DNA of 64,000 bases from Deltaproteobacteria bacterium (GTDB taxonomy: Bacteria; Myxococcota; Kuafuiibacteriia; Kuafuiibacteriales; Kuafuiibacteriaceae), in NCBI GenBank assembly GCA_040218735.1, contig JAVJQW010000006.1, positions 1-64,000 of the forward strand. Reading direction: 5' to 3'. Each line of letters opens with the position of its first letter. The stretch's first letter is position 1. Below are positions 38,236 through 47,016 of this stretch, piece after piece. The notes beneath the pieces were generated by a model. It made no database searches. It was not told the DNA's origin and saw only the letters and a list, made by a program, of their open reading frames with translations. Made by a program: the position numbers and the translations under genes.

Positions 38236-39083
38236 GACGGCTGCTGGAGGGCGTCGGTCGCGTCGACGCCGAGGACGCGTTTGCCCACGTGTTTGGCGAC
38301 GGTCTGGTACGCGTCGACCGAGAGGCGTTTGAGCGCCCACACCGGCATGACGTGGCTCGCGGGGGACGTGACCACGGCCTTGTTCTTCTGGATGCCGGTC
38401 ACGATATCGGCGGCGACGGACTCCGCGGTGGCGCCGTGTTTGGCGTACAGCTCCATCGTCTTTTCGCGCTGGGCTTCGGCGGCGCCGGTCACGGGTGACG
38501 CACGGACGATGTCGGTTTGGATGAGGCCGGGGCAGACGACGGTGACGCCGATGCCGTGGGGTTCGAGCTCGGCGCGGATGGACTCCGAGATGCCGACGAC
38601 CGCGAACTTCGTCGCGCAGTAGGGCGCCATGCCGGGGACGGCGATCAGGCCGAGGCCGGACGACGTGTTCACGATGTGGCCGCCACTGCCCTGCGCGATC
38701 ATGCGCGGGACGAAGGTGTGGATGCCGTAGATCGTGCCCCACAGGTTGATGCCGATGACACGCTCCCAGTCTTCGATGCGCGTCTCGTGCGCGAGCGCGG
38801 CGTGGCCGATGCCGGCGTTGTTGTGGAGGATGTCGACGCGCCCGGACTCGGCGTAGACGGCGTCGGCGAGGGCCATGATCGCTTCGTGTTTCGAGCAGTC
38901 GACCGCGTGGGCCCACGCGTTGCGGCCCGTCGCGCGCACCTCGGTCGCGACCTGCTCGGCGCGCTCGGGGTCGATGTCGACGACGTGCACGTGCACACCT
39001 TCGCGCGCGAGGCGGAGCGCCGTGGCGCGCCCGATTCCGGAGCCGGCGCCGGTGATGACTGCGATCTTGTCTTTGAGGTTCAT
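38232..39083 (-). CDS. short-chain dehydrogenase/reductase
   Basis: VITGAGSGIG, NNAG, YCATK. Confidence 0.92.
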   Translation of the reverse strand: MNLKDKIAVITGAGSGIGRATALRLAREGVHVHVVDIDPERAEQVATEVRATGRNAWAHAVDCSKHEAIMALADAVYAESGRVDILHNNAGIGHAALAHETRIEDWERVIGINLWGTIYGIHTFVPRMIAQGSGGHIVNTSSGLGLIAVPGMAPYCATKFAVVGISESIRAELEPHGIGVTVVCPGLIQTDIVRASPVTGAAEAQREKTMELYAKHGATAESVAADIVTGIQKNKAVVTSPASHVMPVWALKRLSVDAYQTVAKHVGKRVLGVDATDALQQPS

Positions 39084-39688
39084 GGCGTTCCTTGGGGCTC
39101 GAGGCCGTAGCGCTCGAGGATTTGCTGAAGCGTCTGCATGAGCATGCCGATCAGCGTTTCGATGAGTTGCTCGCGTTCGATGTCGCGGTGCTCGAGCCAG
39201 TCGAGGCTCGCGGCTTCCACCGCGCCGATCCACGCGCGGGCGAGGTTCCTGAGATCCGGGACGGGGGTTTCGAAGCCGGCGTCGGAGAGCATTCGGTCGG
39301 CGATGCGACGGCGGCTCTGGTCGATGATCGCGGCGACCTCCGGGTCGACGCCGATGCCGCTGGAGAGCAGCGACTGGTACGCGCCGGCGCGCGCTTCGAC
39401 GAAGTCGAGGTAGCGGTTGAGCCCCTGGTAGGCGCGCTCGAGCGGGGGGAGCTCCTTGTCGGGCTGGACGGCGGCGTCGAACAGCTCGGCGCCGGCGCGG
39501 ACGCACTCGACGTAGAAGTTCCGCTTGTTCGAGAAGTAGTGGTAGAGCAGCCCCTTCGAGATGCCGGCGCGCTGCGCGATCTCGTCGATCGAGACGTCCT
39601 CGTAGCTCTTCTCCCCGAAGATCTCGATCCCCAGCGTGAGGAGCTGGTCTTTGCGCTCGTCGACCTGGAGTCGATTGCGGGTCGCCAT
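39080..39688 (-). CDS. TetR/AcrR family transcriptional regulator
   Basis: HTH SIDEIAQRAGISKGLLYHYFSNK. Confidence 0.92.
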   Translation of the reverse strand: MATRNRLQVDERKDQLLTLGIEIFGEKSYEDVSIDEIAQRAGISKGLLYHYFSNKRNFYVECVRAGAELFDAAVQPDKELPPLERAYQGLNRYLDFVEARAGAYQSLLSSGIGVDPEVAAIIDQSRRRIADRMLSDAGFETPVPDLRNLARAWIGAVEAASLDWLEHRDIEREQLIETLIGMLMQTLQQILERYGLEPQGTP

Positions 39689-39709
39689 GGCTGGTTTCTT
39701 TCCCACGCT

Positions 39710-39760
39710 ATTGACTCCAGTTCAATTAGCACCCTACAGTGCTATTGAATGAAGTTCAAC
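39710..39760. promoter_or_regulatory. two TetR-type operators ATTGA-N7-TCAA overlapping a sigma70 promoter (TTGACT-N18-TACAGT)
   Basis: attgactccagttcaat (39710-39726) and attgaatgaagttcaac (39744-39760) between the divergent tetR and hydrolase genes. Confidence 0.65.
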
Positions 39761-40567
39761 AAGAAGATCACGCCCCGCCGCATGGACTTCGAGTTAGACG
39801 AGAACGCGATTCCGCGGTGGTGGTTCGCGGACAATCCGCTCATGACGCACTACGCGAACGGGCTGAACCTGGTGTTCCCAGAGGGGGAGCGCTTCTTCAT
39901 CCGGAGCGTCGCGCACTACCTCGACCAGCTCGACGACGAAGAGCTGAAGTCGCGCGCTCGCGCGTTCTTCGCGCAGGAGGCGTCGCACGGTCGCGAGCAC
40001 ACGCACTCGTTCGAGATGTTGGAGCGCCAGGGCTTCAAGCTGTCGAAGTACCTCCGCTTCTACGAGAAGCGCGCGGTACCGACGCTCGAGAAGTTGTTCC
40101 CGCCGGCCTTCCGTCTCGCGACCACGGCTGCGCTCGAGCACCTCACCGCAACGCTCGGTGAGCGCGCGCTCGCCGACGACGTGTTGGATCTCGCGCACCC
40201 CGCGATGCGGGATCTGTTGCGTTGGCACGCGGCCGAGGAGATCGAGCACAAGTCCGTCGCGTACGACGTCTTCCAGACGGTCGACGGCCGCTACTGGGTC
40301 CGCATCTTCGGCATGACGTTCGGCCTCGCGACGCTGATGCTCTTCTGGACGATCGGCGCGCGCATGCTGCTCGCGCAAGAGAAGTTGACGCGCAAGGAGA
40401 AGCGCTACTTCGCGAAGCGCATCCCGAAGAACCGCAGGAACGAGACGCGCAAGCTCTTCCGCCGCGCCTTCATCGACTACCTGCGCCGAGACTTCCACCC
40501 CGACGACCGCGACGACTACCACCTCGCCGCGGAGTACCTCGAGGGGATCGGGCGCCTCGCGGCCTGA
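39749..40567 (+). CDS. predicted metal-dependent hydrolase
   Basis: FPEGERFFI, QEASHGREH, EH, WHAAEEIEHKSVAYDV, YLRRDFHP. Confidence 0.88.
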   Translation: MKFNKKITPRRMDFELDENAIPRWWFADNPLMTHYANGLNLVFPEGERFFIRSVAHYLDQLDDEELKSRARAFFAQEASHGREHTHSFEMLERQGFKLSKYLRFYEKRAVPTLEKLFPPAFRLATTAALEHLTATLGERALADDVLDLAHPAMRDLLRWHAAEEIEHKSVAYDVFQTVDGRYWVRIFGMTFGLATLMLFWTIGARMLLAQEKLTRKEKRYFAKRIPKNRRNETRKLFRRAFIDYLRRDFHPDDRDDYHLAAEYLEGIGRLAA

Positions 40568-42682
40568 TCAAACCCGTGTTTCGAGGCTCTCCCAGGCGCT
40601 CGCGTTCGTCAGGAAGGTGGCCCGAGCGCGGAGCTGCTCCAGGATGCGCTCCTTGGTCCATCGGGGGCCCGTCTCGTCGAGGCGGTCATCTGTCAGATCG
40701 GCGTAGACGGCAGCCTCCTCGAAGAAGGTGAACAGCCCATCGTCGATCAGCTTCTGGGCTTCTCGCTGCATCTCTTCAGGCGTCGCCGAGAAGACCGGGT
40801 GGCTTTCGCCAATCTGACCTTTGAGGTGCGCCAGGAATCCCGCGACGTGCGGGTCGCAGTCGAAGTGCCGTGCCTCCTTGGCGCGACCACGGGGAGTCGA
40901 GTGGATCGTCCCGCCGAAGTCGATGAAGCAGACGCCGTCCAGCCCACGAAGCAAGCTCTGCGGGCCATCCATGTTGGAGGTGACGAGATCGAGGAGCAGC
41001 GCGCGCAGCATCAGGGGGCGCGCTTCGGGGTGGTCGACGAGGAGCTTCGTGATGGCGGCCTCGTTGGTTTCTCGTCCGTTCCAAGAGCTGCTGACCTCCT
41101 CCGCGTTCGGTATCTCGGGAATGGCGACGCCGGCACCGTGCTCCTTGACGAGACAGCGCTGAACTTCGGTCGCGGGAAGGCCGCATCGTCTCCAGAGGTA
41201 CGAGCCGAAGAGCTCCGCTTGAAGTTGTCTCGGCGGGCCGAGCTTCACCAGGTGCCGCTTCCTGTTCGCGGTGTACCATCCCGCGCCCGCCCGGTTGAGG
41301 ACGGTGTAGCCCTGCGGCTTGTCGGCTTCCTTGATGGGGTGCAGGAACGACACATACGGTGCCGGTCCGGTCAGGGTCAGAGTGCGGGAGACGTCGCGGA
41401 AGTCCAGTGTCGCCTGGGCGTGCTTCTCTCGCTCCAAGAGAGAAGCCTTGATCTCGGCCACGGAGATGTCTTCGAGGTCGGCGACCCGATCACCGACGGC
41501 CAGGTCGACGCCGTTGGTCCAATACAGGTCCACGCCGTTGTCGTTCGCGATTCTGCGCGCCGTGGCCTCGACGTCAGTTCCCGCGAGTCGCTTCTCGACC
41601 ACCAGAGCCTGGATGTCCTGGTCCAGCTCGACAGGCCCGTGGACCTGCACCTCGAAGTACATCTGCTCCGGGTGGTCCTGCACGCGCGACGCGCGCCCGA
41701 TCGCGATCTCGAGCATGGCCATCAGCTTGTTGTCGGGGAGCGCCAGCAACACGTGATGCGGATGTTCGAAGGTTCCGATCTCGTCTGGGCCCAAGTGGAG
41801 CGAATCGGTGTGCGAGATCGTCGATCGGGCGCGAACGCTCGGCTCGAGGACCAGGTGTGACAGACCGTAGCCGGGAGCCCCACCGAAAGCCGCGAGCTCG
41901 CCGTTGAGGGCTCCGTAGATGGGGCGCTCGTGTGGGACGAGCTCATGCTCATGGTAGGCGCCGCGGAACAGCCTCTTCTCGACGTTGTCACGAGACCCGC
42001 CAGCTTCGCCACCGGACGCGACGGGTGAGCCACTCACCTTGGTTTCGAACTGCGTTCGATACCGGCCTTGATGCTCCAACCCGTCGATCATGGGCGTGTC
42101 GTTCACGACGCGTTCGGGGTGAAGGTTCACCGTGATCGGTGCTGTGCGTTGCACGAACGTGATCAGCCGATCGAGGTCCGCGCTCGAGTAACCCAGTCCC
42201 AACACTCTCGTTCGGAGCTTGGGGGCGCCCGCCTCTGCGAGTGGCTTCGCGGCCGCGGACACCAAGTCCAGCGCGTTCTTCTGCGTTTGGTTGAGACGGC
42301 GCCGTTCGTTCCGAGACTTGAAGCGGGGAAGGATCCGAAGAGGAGCCTCACTCTTCTTCTTGGGTCGCCCAACCGCCGGGAGGGGTGTCGAGGAAGACCC
42401 GGCCGCGATCTTCAGAGCGCGGACGGGGTTGGGTGCCAAGAGCCGAATCGCGCCGCTGAGACTGTTCCACTCGTAGTGAGACGCAGTGTATTGCGTCTGC
42501 TCCGCGAGCGACCGAAGCCCCGGGGTGACGTCGAGGCCTGGGTGCTGGAGGATGTCGTCGAGGATCGTGACCAACGCCTCTTTGTCGGGCACATCCGATT
42601 GCGCGACGCCGAACCTCTCGAGAGCGGCGGCGAGACCCGTGGTGCCGAGGAGGTCGTTGCGCGTCAGACCGACTCCCCCCAT
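40568..42682 (-). CDS. DUF3626-like domain fused to a HipA/PI3-4-kinase-like domain
   Basis: TVNLHP, GRYRTQFET, ERPIYGALN, GGAPGYG, YFEVQVHG; then LVK..AELFGSYLWRRCGLP...LDLVTSNMD...FIDFGG. Confidence 0.7.
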   Translation of the reverse strand: MGGVGLTRNDLLGTTGLAAALERFGVAQSDVPDKEALVTILDDILQHPGLDVTPGLRSLAEQTQYTASHYEWNSLSGAIRLLAPNPVRALKIAAGSSSTPLPAVGRPKKKSEAPLRILPRFKSRNERRRLNQTQKNALDLVSAAAKPLAEAGAPKLRTRVLGLGYSSADLDRLITFVQRTAPITVNLHPERVVNDTPMIDGLEHQGRYRTQFETKVSGSPVASGGEAGGSRDNVEKRLFRGAYHEHELVPHERPIYGALNGELAAFGGAPGYGLSHLVLEPSVRARSTISHTDSLHLGPDEIGTFEHPHHVLLALPDNKLMAMLEIAIGRASRVQDHPEQMYFEVQVHGPVELDQDIQALVVEKRLAGTDVEATARRIANDNGVDLYWTNGVDLAVGDRVADLEDISVAEIKASLLEREKHAQATLDFRDVSRTLTLTGPAPYVSFLHPIKEADKPQGYTVLNRAGAGWYTANRKRHLVKLGPPRQLQAELFGSYLWRRCGLPATEVQRCLVKEHGAGVAIPEIPNAEEVSSSWNGRETNEAAITKLLVDHPEARPLMLRALLLDLVTSNMDGPQSLLRGLDGVCFIDFGGTIHSTPRGRAKEARHFDCDPHVAGFLAHLKGQIGESHPVFSATPEEMQREAQKLIDDGLFTFFEEAAVYADLTDDRLDETGPRWTKERILEQLRARATFLTNASAWESLETRV

Positions 42683-42690
42683 ACGCTGGG

Positions 42691-42717
42691 TTATCGGCGT
42701 AGCTCGGAATCCGTTGC
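42691..42717 (-). promoter_or_regulatory. sigma28/FliA-like promoter GCAACGG-N12-GCCGATAA
   Basis: Identical to the motif at 24764; 8 nt before ATG 42682. Confidence 0.6.
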
Positions 42718-42848
42718 GAGGACGAGGGTTGTCGCTGATCGAAGCTGAGATGGGGCCCTACGCCGCCGTTTCCGACGTAGGTGTTGCCGATGCAGGCGAT
42801 GAGGTGTTGCTCGCCAGCGCCGTGCTTCGAAGGCGGAGACCGATGAAT

Positions 42849-43622
42849 TCAGGTCGCGGCGATCTGGAACACCTGCGACTCGAGCACCGTCTCGAAGCCG
42901 AGGTGCTCGAGCATCGGCGCCGACGTCGCTTCGCGCGCCTGGGTCGCGGCCAACGTCAGGCCTTGCTCCGCCAGGAAGCGCAGGCGGGACGCGATGAGGG
43001 CGCGGTAGACGCCGCGACCCCGGAACGCTTCGAGGACCTGCGCGCCCATGAGGAAGCCGTAGCCGTCGCGGAGGACGAGCGCGGTGGTCGCGACGATCGC
43101 GCCGTCGATGCGCGCCGCGAAGAAGTGTCCGACGCGGTCCTCGACGTTCATCGCCGCGACGTGATCGGCGACCAGCGGCGCCTCCTGATCGCGAGGTAGC
43201 CCCCAGCCAGCGGCGAAGACGCGGACGTACTCGTCGAGGCAGTCGCGATCGACCGTGACGATCTCGACGCCGCCGGGCACCTCGATCCGGTGCGACGTCG
43301 ACGTCACCATCCCGCGCATCTCGAACGCGTCGAAGCCGCGTCGCTTCAAGCGCGCCGAGAGATCGGTCGGGCGCGTCCACGGCCCGACGCGCCACTTGAA
43401 CGTGAGGCCGTGCGCGCCGTAGGTCGCGAGGGCCTCGTCGATGCACCGCTCGCCGTCGTCGACCTGTGAGTACGCGATCTCATTGAGCACGCCGCCGGGG
43501 GCGGAGGGGGTGACGAGCTGATACCAACCGGGGCGCTCGATGACCTGGGTGTCGGGGCGTCGCAGCAGTCCGGGGCCCATCGGTCCGAAGATCACGGCGC
43601 GTCGTTTGTGCTCCAGGTCCAT
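42849..43622 (-). CDS. GNAT family N-acetyltransferase
   Basis: AQVLEAFRGRGVYRAL (motif A), TSAPMLEHLGF. Confidence 0.85.
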   Translation of the reverse strand: MDLEHKRRAVIFGPMGPGLLRRPDTQVIERPGWYQLVTPSAPGGVLNEIAYSQVDDGERCIDEALATYGAHGLTFKWRVGPWTRPTDLSARLKRRGFDAFEMRGMVTSTSHRIEVPGGVEIVTVDRDCLDEYVRVFAAGWGLPRDQEAPLVADHVAAMNVEDRVGHFFAARIDGAIVATTALVLRDGYGFLMGAQVLEAFRGRGVYRALIASRLRFLAEQGLTLAATQAREATSAPMLEHLGFETVLESQVFQIAAT

Positions 43623-43647
43623 GCCGCGGTGATGCTACGAGACTTGG

Positions 43648-44538
43648 TCAGAGCGCGTAACCGAGCCCCAAGCCCAAAGTGGCCCCGAGGCCGCTGACGC
43701 CGAGCGTCGGGGATTCGTCGACGTACGCAACGAAGCCGCGCAGGGACGTGTCGGCCTGCACGGAAGCCAACGCACGGAGGGTGGTCGAGAAGCTGTACTC
43801 GACCTCGGCGCGAACGCCGGCCCGCACGAACAGGCCGCGGTCGCTCCCGGTGCCGACGGTGGTGCGCGACGACGACCCGGTCGCGATCGCGAGCCCAACG
43901 TCGGCCGCCGGTCCGAGCCCGACGCGGAGGGCATCGCTTCGGTAGGTATACTGAAGCGAAAGCAGCGCGTGGGCGACGTCGAGTCGAATCTCTCCGAGGG
44001 CCACGGAACGTCCCGCGCGTTGCCAGCCGAGGTCGACGGTCGCGGTCAGCCACGGCGTCGGCGCGACGTCCCCGCCCAGCGCGACGCCGAGCGCCCAGGC
44101 CTCACTCGATGCGAGCCTGCGTCCGACCCCGAACCCCCGTACGCCGACGTCCAACGGCGCTTCTTCCGCGGGAGGCGCGGGGGCCTCGACGGCCACCTTG
44201 GGCCCCGGCGGAGGGCCCTTCAGCCGGGCGCGGACCGACTCCCCGATCGCGAGCGCGGCGGTCCGCATGCGGGCGTCGGCCTCGACCGTTCGAAGGTCGA
44301 GCGCTACGCGGTCGGGTGGTTCGTCCGGACCGTAGTCGACGAGCGCGACGACGTCCGAGCGCTTCGCGTCACACGCCTCGAGCGTGAGCACGACTCGCAC
44401 CGAGGACGGCGCCGAACGAAGCTCGATCCCCACCAAGCGCTCGAGCTCTTCGCCCGCGTCGGGCGGACACGCGGGCGCGCTCCACGCGACGTCGGCCGCG
44501 AACAGCAGGACGGAGACGAGCGGGACGGCCGGGATCAA
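43648..44538 (-). CDS. hypothetical outer-membrane beta-barrel-like protein (ECF-FecR operon)
   Basis: Signal peptide, CP...C N-domain, Pro linker, amphipathic strands ending LGLGLGYAL. Confidence 0.6.
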   Translation of the reverse strand: MIPAVPLVSVLLFAADVAWSAPACPPDAGEELERLVGIELRSAPSSVRVVLTLEACDAKRSDVVALVDYGPDEPPDRVALDLRTVEADARMRTAALAIGESVRARLKGPPPGPKVAVEAPAPPAEEAPLDVGVRGFGVGRRLASSEAWALGVALGGDVAPTPWLTATVDLGWQRAGRSVALGEIRLDVAHALLSLQYTYRSDALRVGLGPAADVGLAIATGSSSRTTVGTGSDRGLFVRAGVRAEVEYSFSTTLRALASVQADTSLRGFVAYVDESPTLGVSGLGATLGLGLGYAL

Positions 44539-46310
44539 CGTTTCTTCGACCAGCGCCGAACGAGCGCCGCGCGGCGTCCGGTCGGGTAGCGCTCGAAGTA
44601 AGCGTCGGCCGCGGCCTTCGCACCTGCGTAGTCTTCGGCGCGGTAGAAGGCCTCGACGCGGCGCGCGTGGGCGTCTTCGAGCAGCGGCTTGGGCACACGC
44701 CGGGCGATGGCTTCGTCGAACGCGGTGAGGGCGCGACGCGGGTGCGCGAGATCGTCGAGCTCGACGGTCCCGAGCATGAACGCAGCGAGCCCGCCCTGCG
44801 GATGCGGGGGCTGCTGCGCGAGGATCGCCGACAGCAGCTTCACCGCGGTCTTGAAGTCACCTGCGCGCCGGGCGTCGTCGGCCGCCTCGAGCGAGGCCGG
44901 CGGCGAGGGGGCCGGCGGCGAGGTCGAGGTAGCGCCCGCGTCGCGATGGCTCGGCGTCTTCGCAGCGGCGCCCTGGCGCGAGGCGGCGTGCGCTCGCGTC
45001 GGCGATCGCGGCGCGCCAGGGGCGTCGTCCTCGCGGCCTTCGTTTGAAGCCGGCTTCGTCCCGCCGGAGGCGAGCGGCGCTCTTGGCGGCGTCGCAGTCG
45101 CTCTCGACGACGCGGTGGGCGCGCGCGACGGGGAGGATCGGGGTGACGCGGATGCTCCCGGCGCCGTGGCCGCCGTCGGCGACGCGGATGCCGCGAGCGA
45201 CGCGACAGTTCCTGCCGAAGCGGCCGAACCTCGCGACGCGACCGAACCTGGCGACACGGCGGAACCAGCCGACGCGCCCGAACCCGACGAGGCGACCGAA
45301 CCTGGCGACGCGGCCGAACCCGACGAGGCGACCGAACCTGGCGACGCGACCGAACCCGACGAGGCGACCGAACCTGGCGACGCTGCGGAACCCGACGAGG
45401 CGACCGAACCTGGCGACGCGACCGAACCTGGCGACGCGACCGAACTTGGCGACGCGACCGAACCCACCGACGCGCCCGAACCAGCCGACGCGACCGAACC
45501 CGACGACGCGACCGACCCCGCCGACGCGGAGCCCCCCCGCGACGCGGCCGTCCCGGGCGCCGCGGCCGGGCCGCGCCACTCAGCGGATCCCGGCGCGTCG
45601 TCCGGGGCCTCCCACGAGCCGCCGCGCGCCTCGCCGGCCGCCGCCTCCCCGTCCATCCGAGCCATCGAGCTCGAACGTGCGTCGAGCGCGCCCTCCCCGC
45701 GAGACGACGACGAAGCGGTCTTCACGCGGGGCGCTCCCCCGTCGCGCTGGACCGCGACGCTCTCGCCCGCCTTCAGGTGACGCACGCGATCCGGCAGGCG
45801 CTCGCCGCGGACGAGCACTTCGCCGCGTTCGACGTGCACCGTCACCGAGGCGTCGGTCCGCGCGATCGAAAAGCGCGTCCCGATCACCTCGACGGTCACG
45901 AGTCCGCACTCGATGGACCAGCGTCGGGGCCCCTTCGGTTTCACGTCGAAGGTCGCGACCCCGCGCTCCAGGTGGAACACCACCGACCGCGGCTCCAACA
46001 CCAAGGGCGCCAGCCGCGCCCCCGGCGCGATCTCGACGGACGACCCGTCCGAGTACCGCGTCGTGACCGGGGCGGTCGTCGCTTCGACGGCGACGGGCTG
46101 CGCGCCGTCTTGCGTGCGCAGCGCTTCGCGTTCGTCGAGCCGCAGGTACAGCGCACCGGCGAGGATGAAGAGCCCCGCCGCCATCGCCCACTGCGCGCGC
46201 ACCCACGTCGACCTCGGGCGCTGCTCACCCATCCGCGGCATCGCGCGACGGACGAGCGCCTCGTCGACTTCTTCCTTCAACAGATCGCGGACCGGCACGG
46301 GGAGCTTCAC
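44535..46310 (-). CDS. FecR-domain anti-sigma factor with Ser-rich repeat linker and C-terminal TPR
   Basis: TM segment; SDGSSV, LERGVATFDV, VEVIGTRFSI, VHVERGEVLV; C-terminal ADDARRAG...YFERYPTG; overlaps the sigma stop. Confidence 0.85.
   Translation of the reverse strand: MKLPVPVRDLLKEEVDEALVRRAMPRMGEQRPRSTWVRAQWAMAAGLFILAGALYLRLDEREALRTQDGAQPVAVEATTAPVTTRYSDGSSVEIAPGARLAPLVLEPRSVVFHLERGVATFDVKPKGPRRWSIECGLVTVEVIGTRFSIARTDASVTVHVERGEVLVRGERLPDRVRHLKAGESVAVQRDGGAPRVKTASSSSRGEGALDARSSSMARMDGEAAAGEARGGSWEAPDDAPGSAEWRGPAAAPGTAASRGGSASAGSVASSGSVASAGSGASVGSVASPSSVASPGSVASPGSVASSGSAASPGSVASSGSVASPGSVASSGSAASPGSVASSGSGASAGSAVSPGSVASRGSAASAGTVASLAASASPTAATAPGASASPRSSPSRAPTASSRATATPPRAPLASGGTKPASNEGREDDAPGAPRSPTRAHAASRQGAAAKTPSHRDAGATSTSPPAPSPPASLEAADDARRAGDFKTAVKLLSAILAQQPPHPQGGLAAFMLGTVELDDLAHPRRALTAFDEAIARRVPKPLLEDAHARRVEAFYRAEDYAGAKAAADAYFERYPTGRRAALVRRWSKKR
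45205..45530. repeat. intragenic 18-bp degenerate tandem repeat (gcgaccgaacc[tc]g[ga]cga[cg]) encoding (S[SP]GS[VA]A)n
   Basis: Roughly 17 units visible directly in the sequence; boundaries approximate. Confidence 0.85.
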
Positions 46311-46903
46311 CACGACGCACCCTCCTCCGCCATCGACACGTGCCGGGCCACGTGCTCCTGCGCGCGTTTGATTCGGCGCTTTGCCGTCGCGAGCGAGCAC
46401 GACGTCATCCGCGCGACGTCCTCCAGACGCTCGCCTTCGACGTAGCGCAACGTCCACGCGATGCGGTCGGCCGCGGAGAGGCGCGCCAACGTTCGATCCA
46501 AGAGCGCCAGCTCCGCCCGCTGCTCGGCGGTCGCGTCCGTCGTCGCGAGCGCGGCGAGGCCCTCACTGCGCGGTTGGTACAGGCCCAGGAGCCGACGCAG
46601 CTTCCGACGCCGCAGCGCATCGTGCGCGCGCCGCACGGCGATCTGCATGAGCCACGCTTCGAAGGCGTTCGGGTTCTTCAGCCGGTGAAGCTTCGCGTAA
46701 GCGACCAGGAAGGTGTCCTGCGCGAGGTCCGCCGCCTCTTCGGGATCGCCGAGCAGGCGCGTCAGGCGCCGGATCACCGGCCGGACGTACCGCCCGAACA
46801 GCGCCTCCCGTGCCCACCGATCCCCCTTGCTCGCGAGGAGCACGAGCTCTCCGTCATCGCGTCCGGCGTCGGCGCGCGACGGGATGATTTGGGCGGCACG
46901 CAT
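46307..46903 (-). CDS. ECF RNA polymerase sigma-70 factor
   Basis: AADLAQDTFL, FEAWLMQIA, YVEGERLEDVARMTSCSLATAKRRI. Confidence 0.92.
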   Translation of the reverse strand: MRAAQIIPSRADAGRDDGELVLLASKGDRWAREALFGRYVRPVIRRLTRLLGDPEEAADLAQDTFLVAYAKLHRLKNPNAFEAWLMQIAVRRAHDALRRRKLRRLLGLYQPRSEGLAALATTDATAEQRAELALLDRTLARLSAADRIAWTLRYVEGERLEDVARMTSCSLATAKRRIKRAQEHVARHVSMAEEGASW

Positions 46904-46918
46904 GCGTGGTCTCTTATC

Positions 46919-46945
46919 GACGAACGGCGGGCCCAAAACGGCTCA
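46919..46945 (-). promoter_or_regulatory. putative autoregulatory ECF promoter TGAGCCG-N16-CGTC
   Basis: Same motif and spacing as the divergent copy at 46980. Confidence 0.6.
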
Positions 46946-46979
46946 CACGCGGGTAGTCTTTCTCAGGAGCCTACCGCAT

Positions 46980-47006
46980 TGAGCCGGTTCGACCGGGTCG
47001 TCCGTC
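46980..47006 (+). promoter_or_regulatory. putative ECF promoter TGAGCCG-N16-CGTC
   Basis: 10 nt before GTG 47017; twin of the 46919-46945 motif. Confidence 0.6.
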
Positions 47007-47016
47007 TTCTCCCATC

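Noticed and set aside
45205-45530. Tandem repeat as a possible CRISPR array, or the + strand ORF 44689-45780 (DATEPG repeats) as a real gene
   Set aside because: No unique spacers; the repeat is in frame within the FecR gene and the + strand ORF is its antisense shadow
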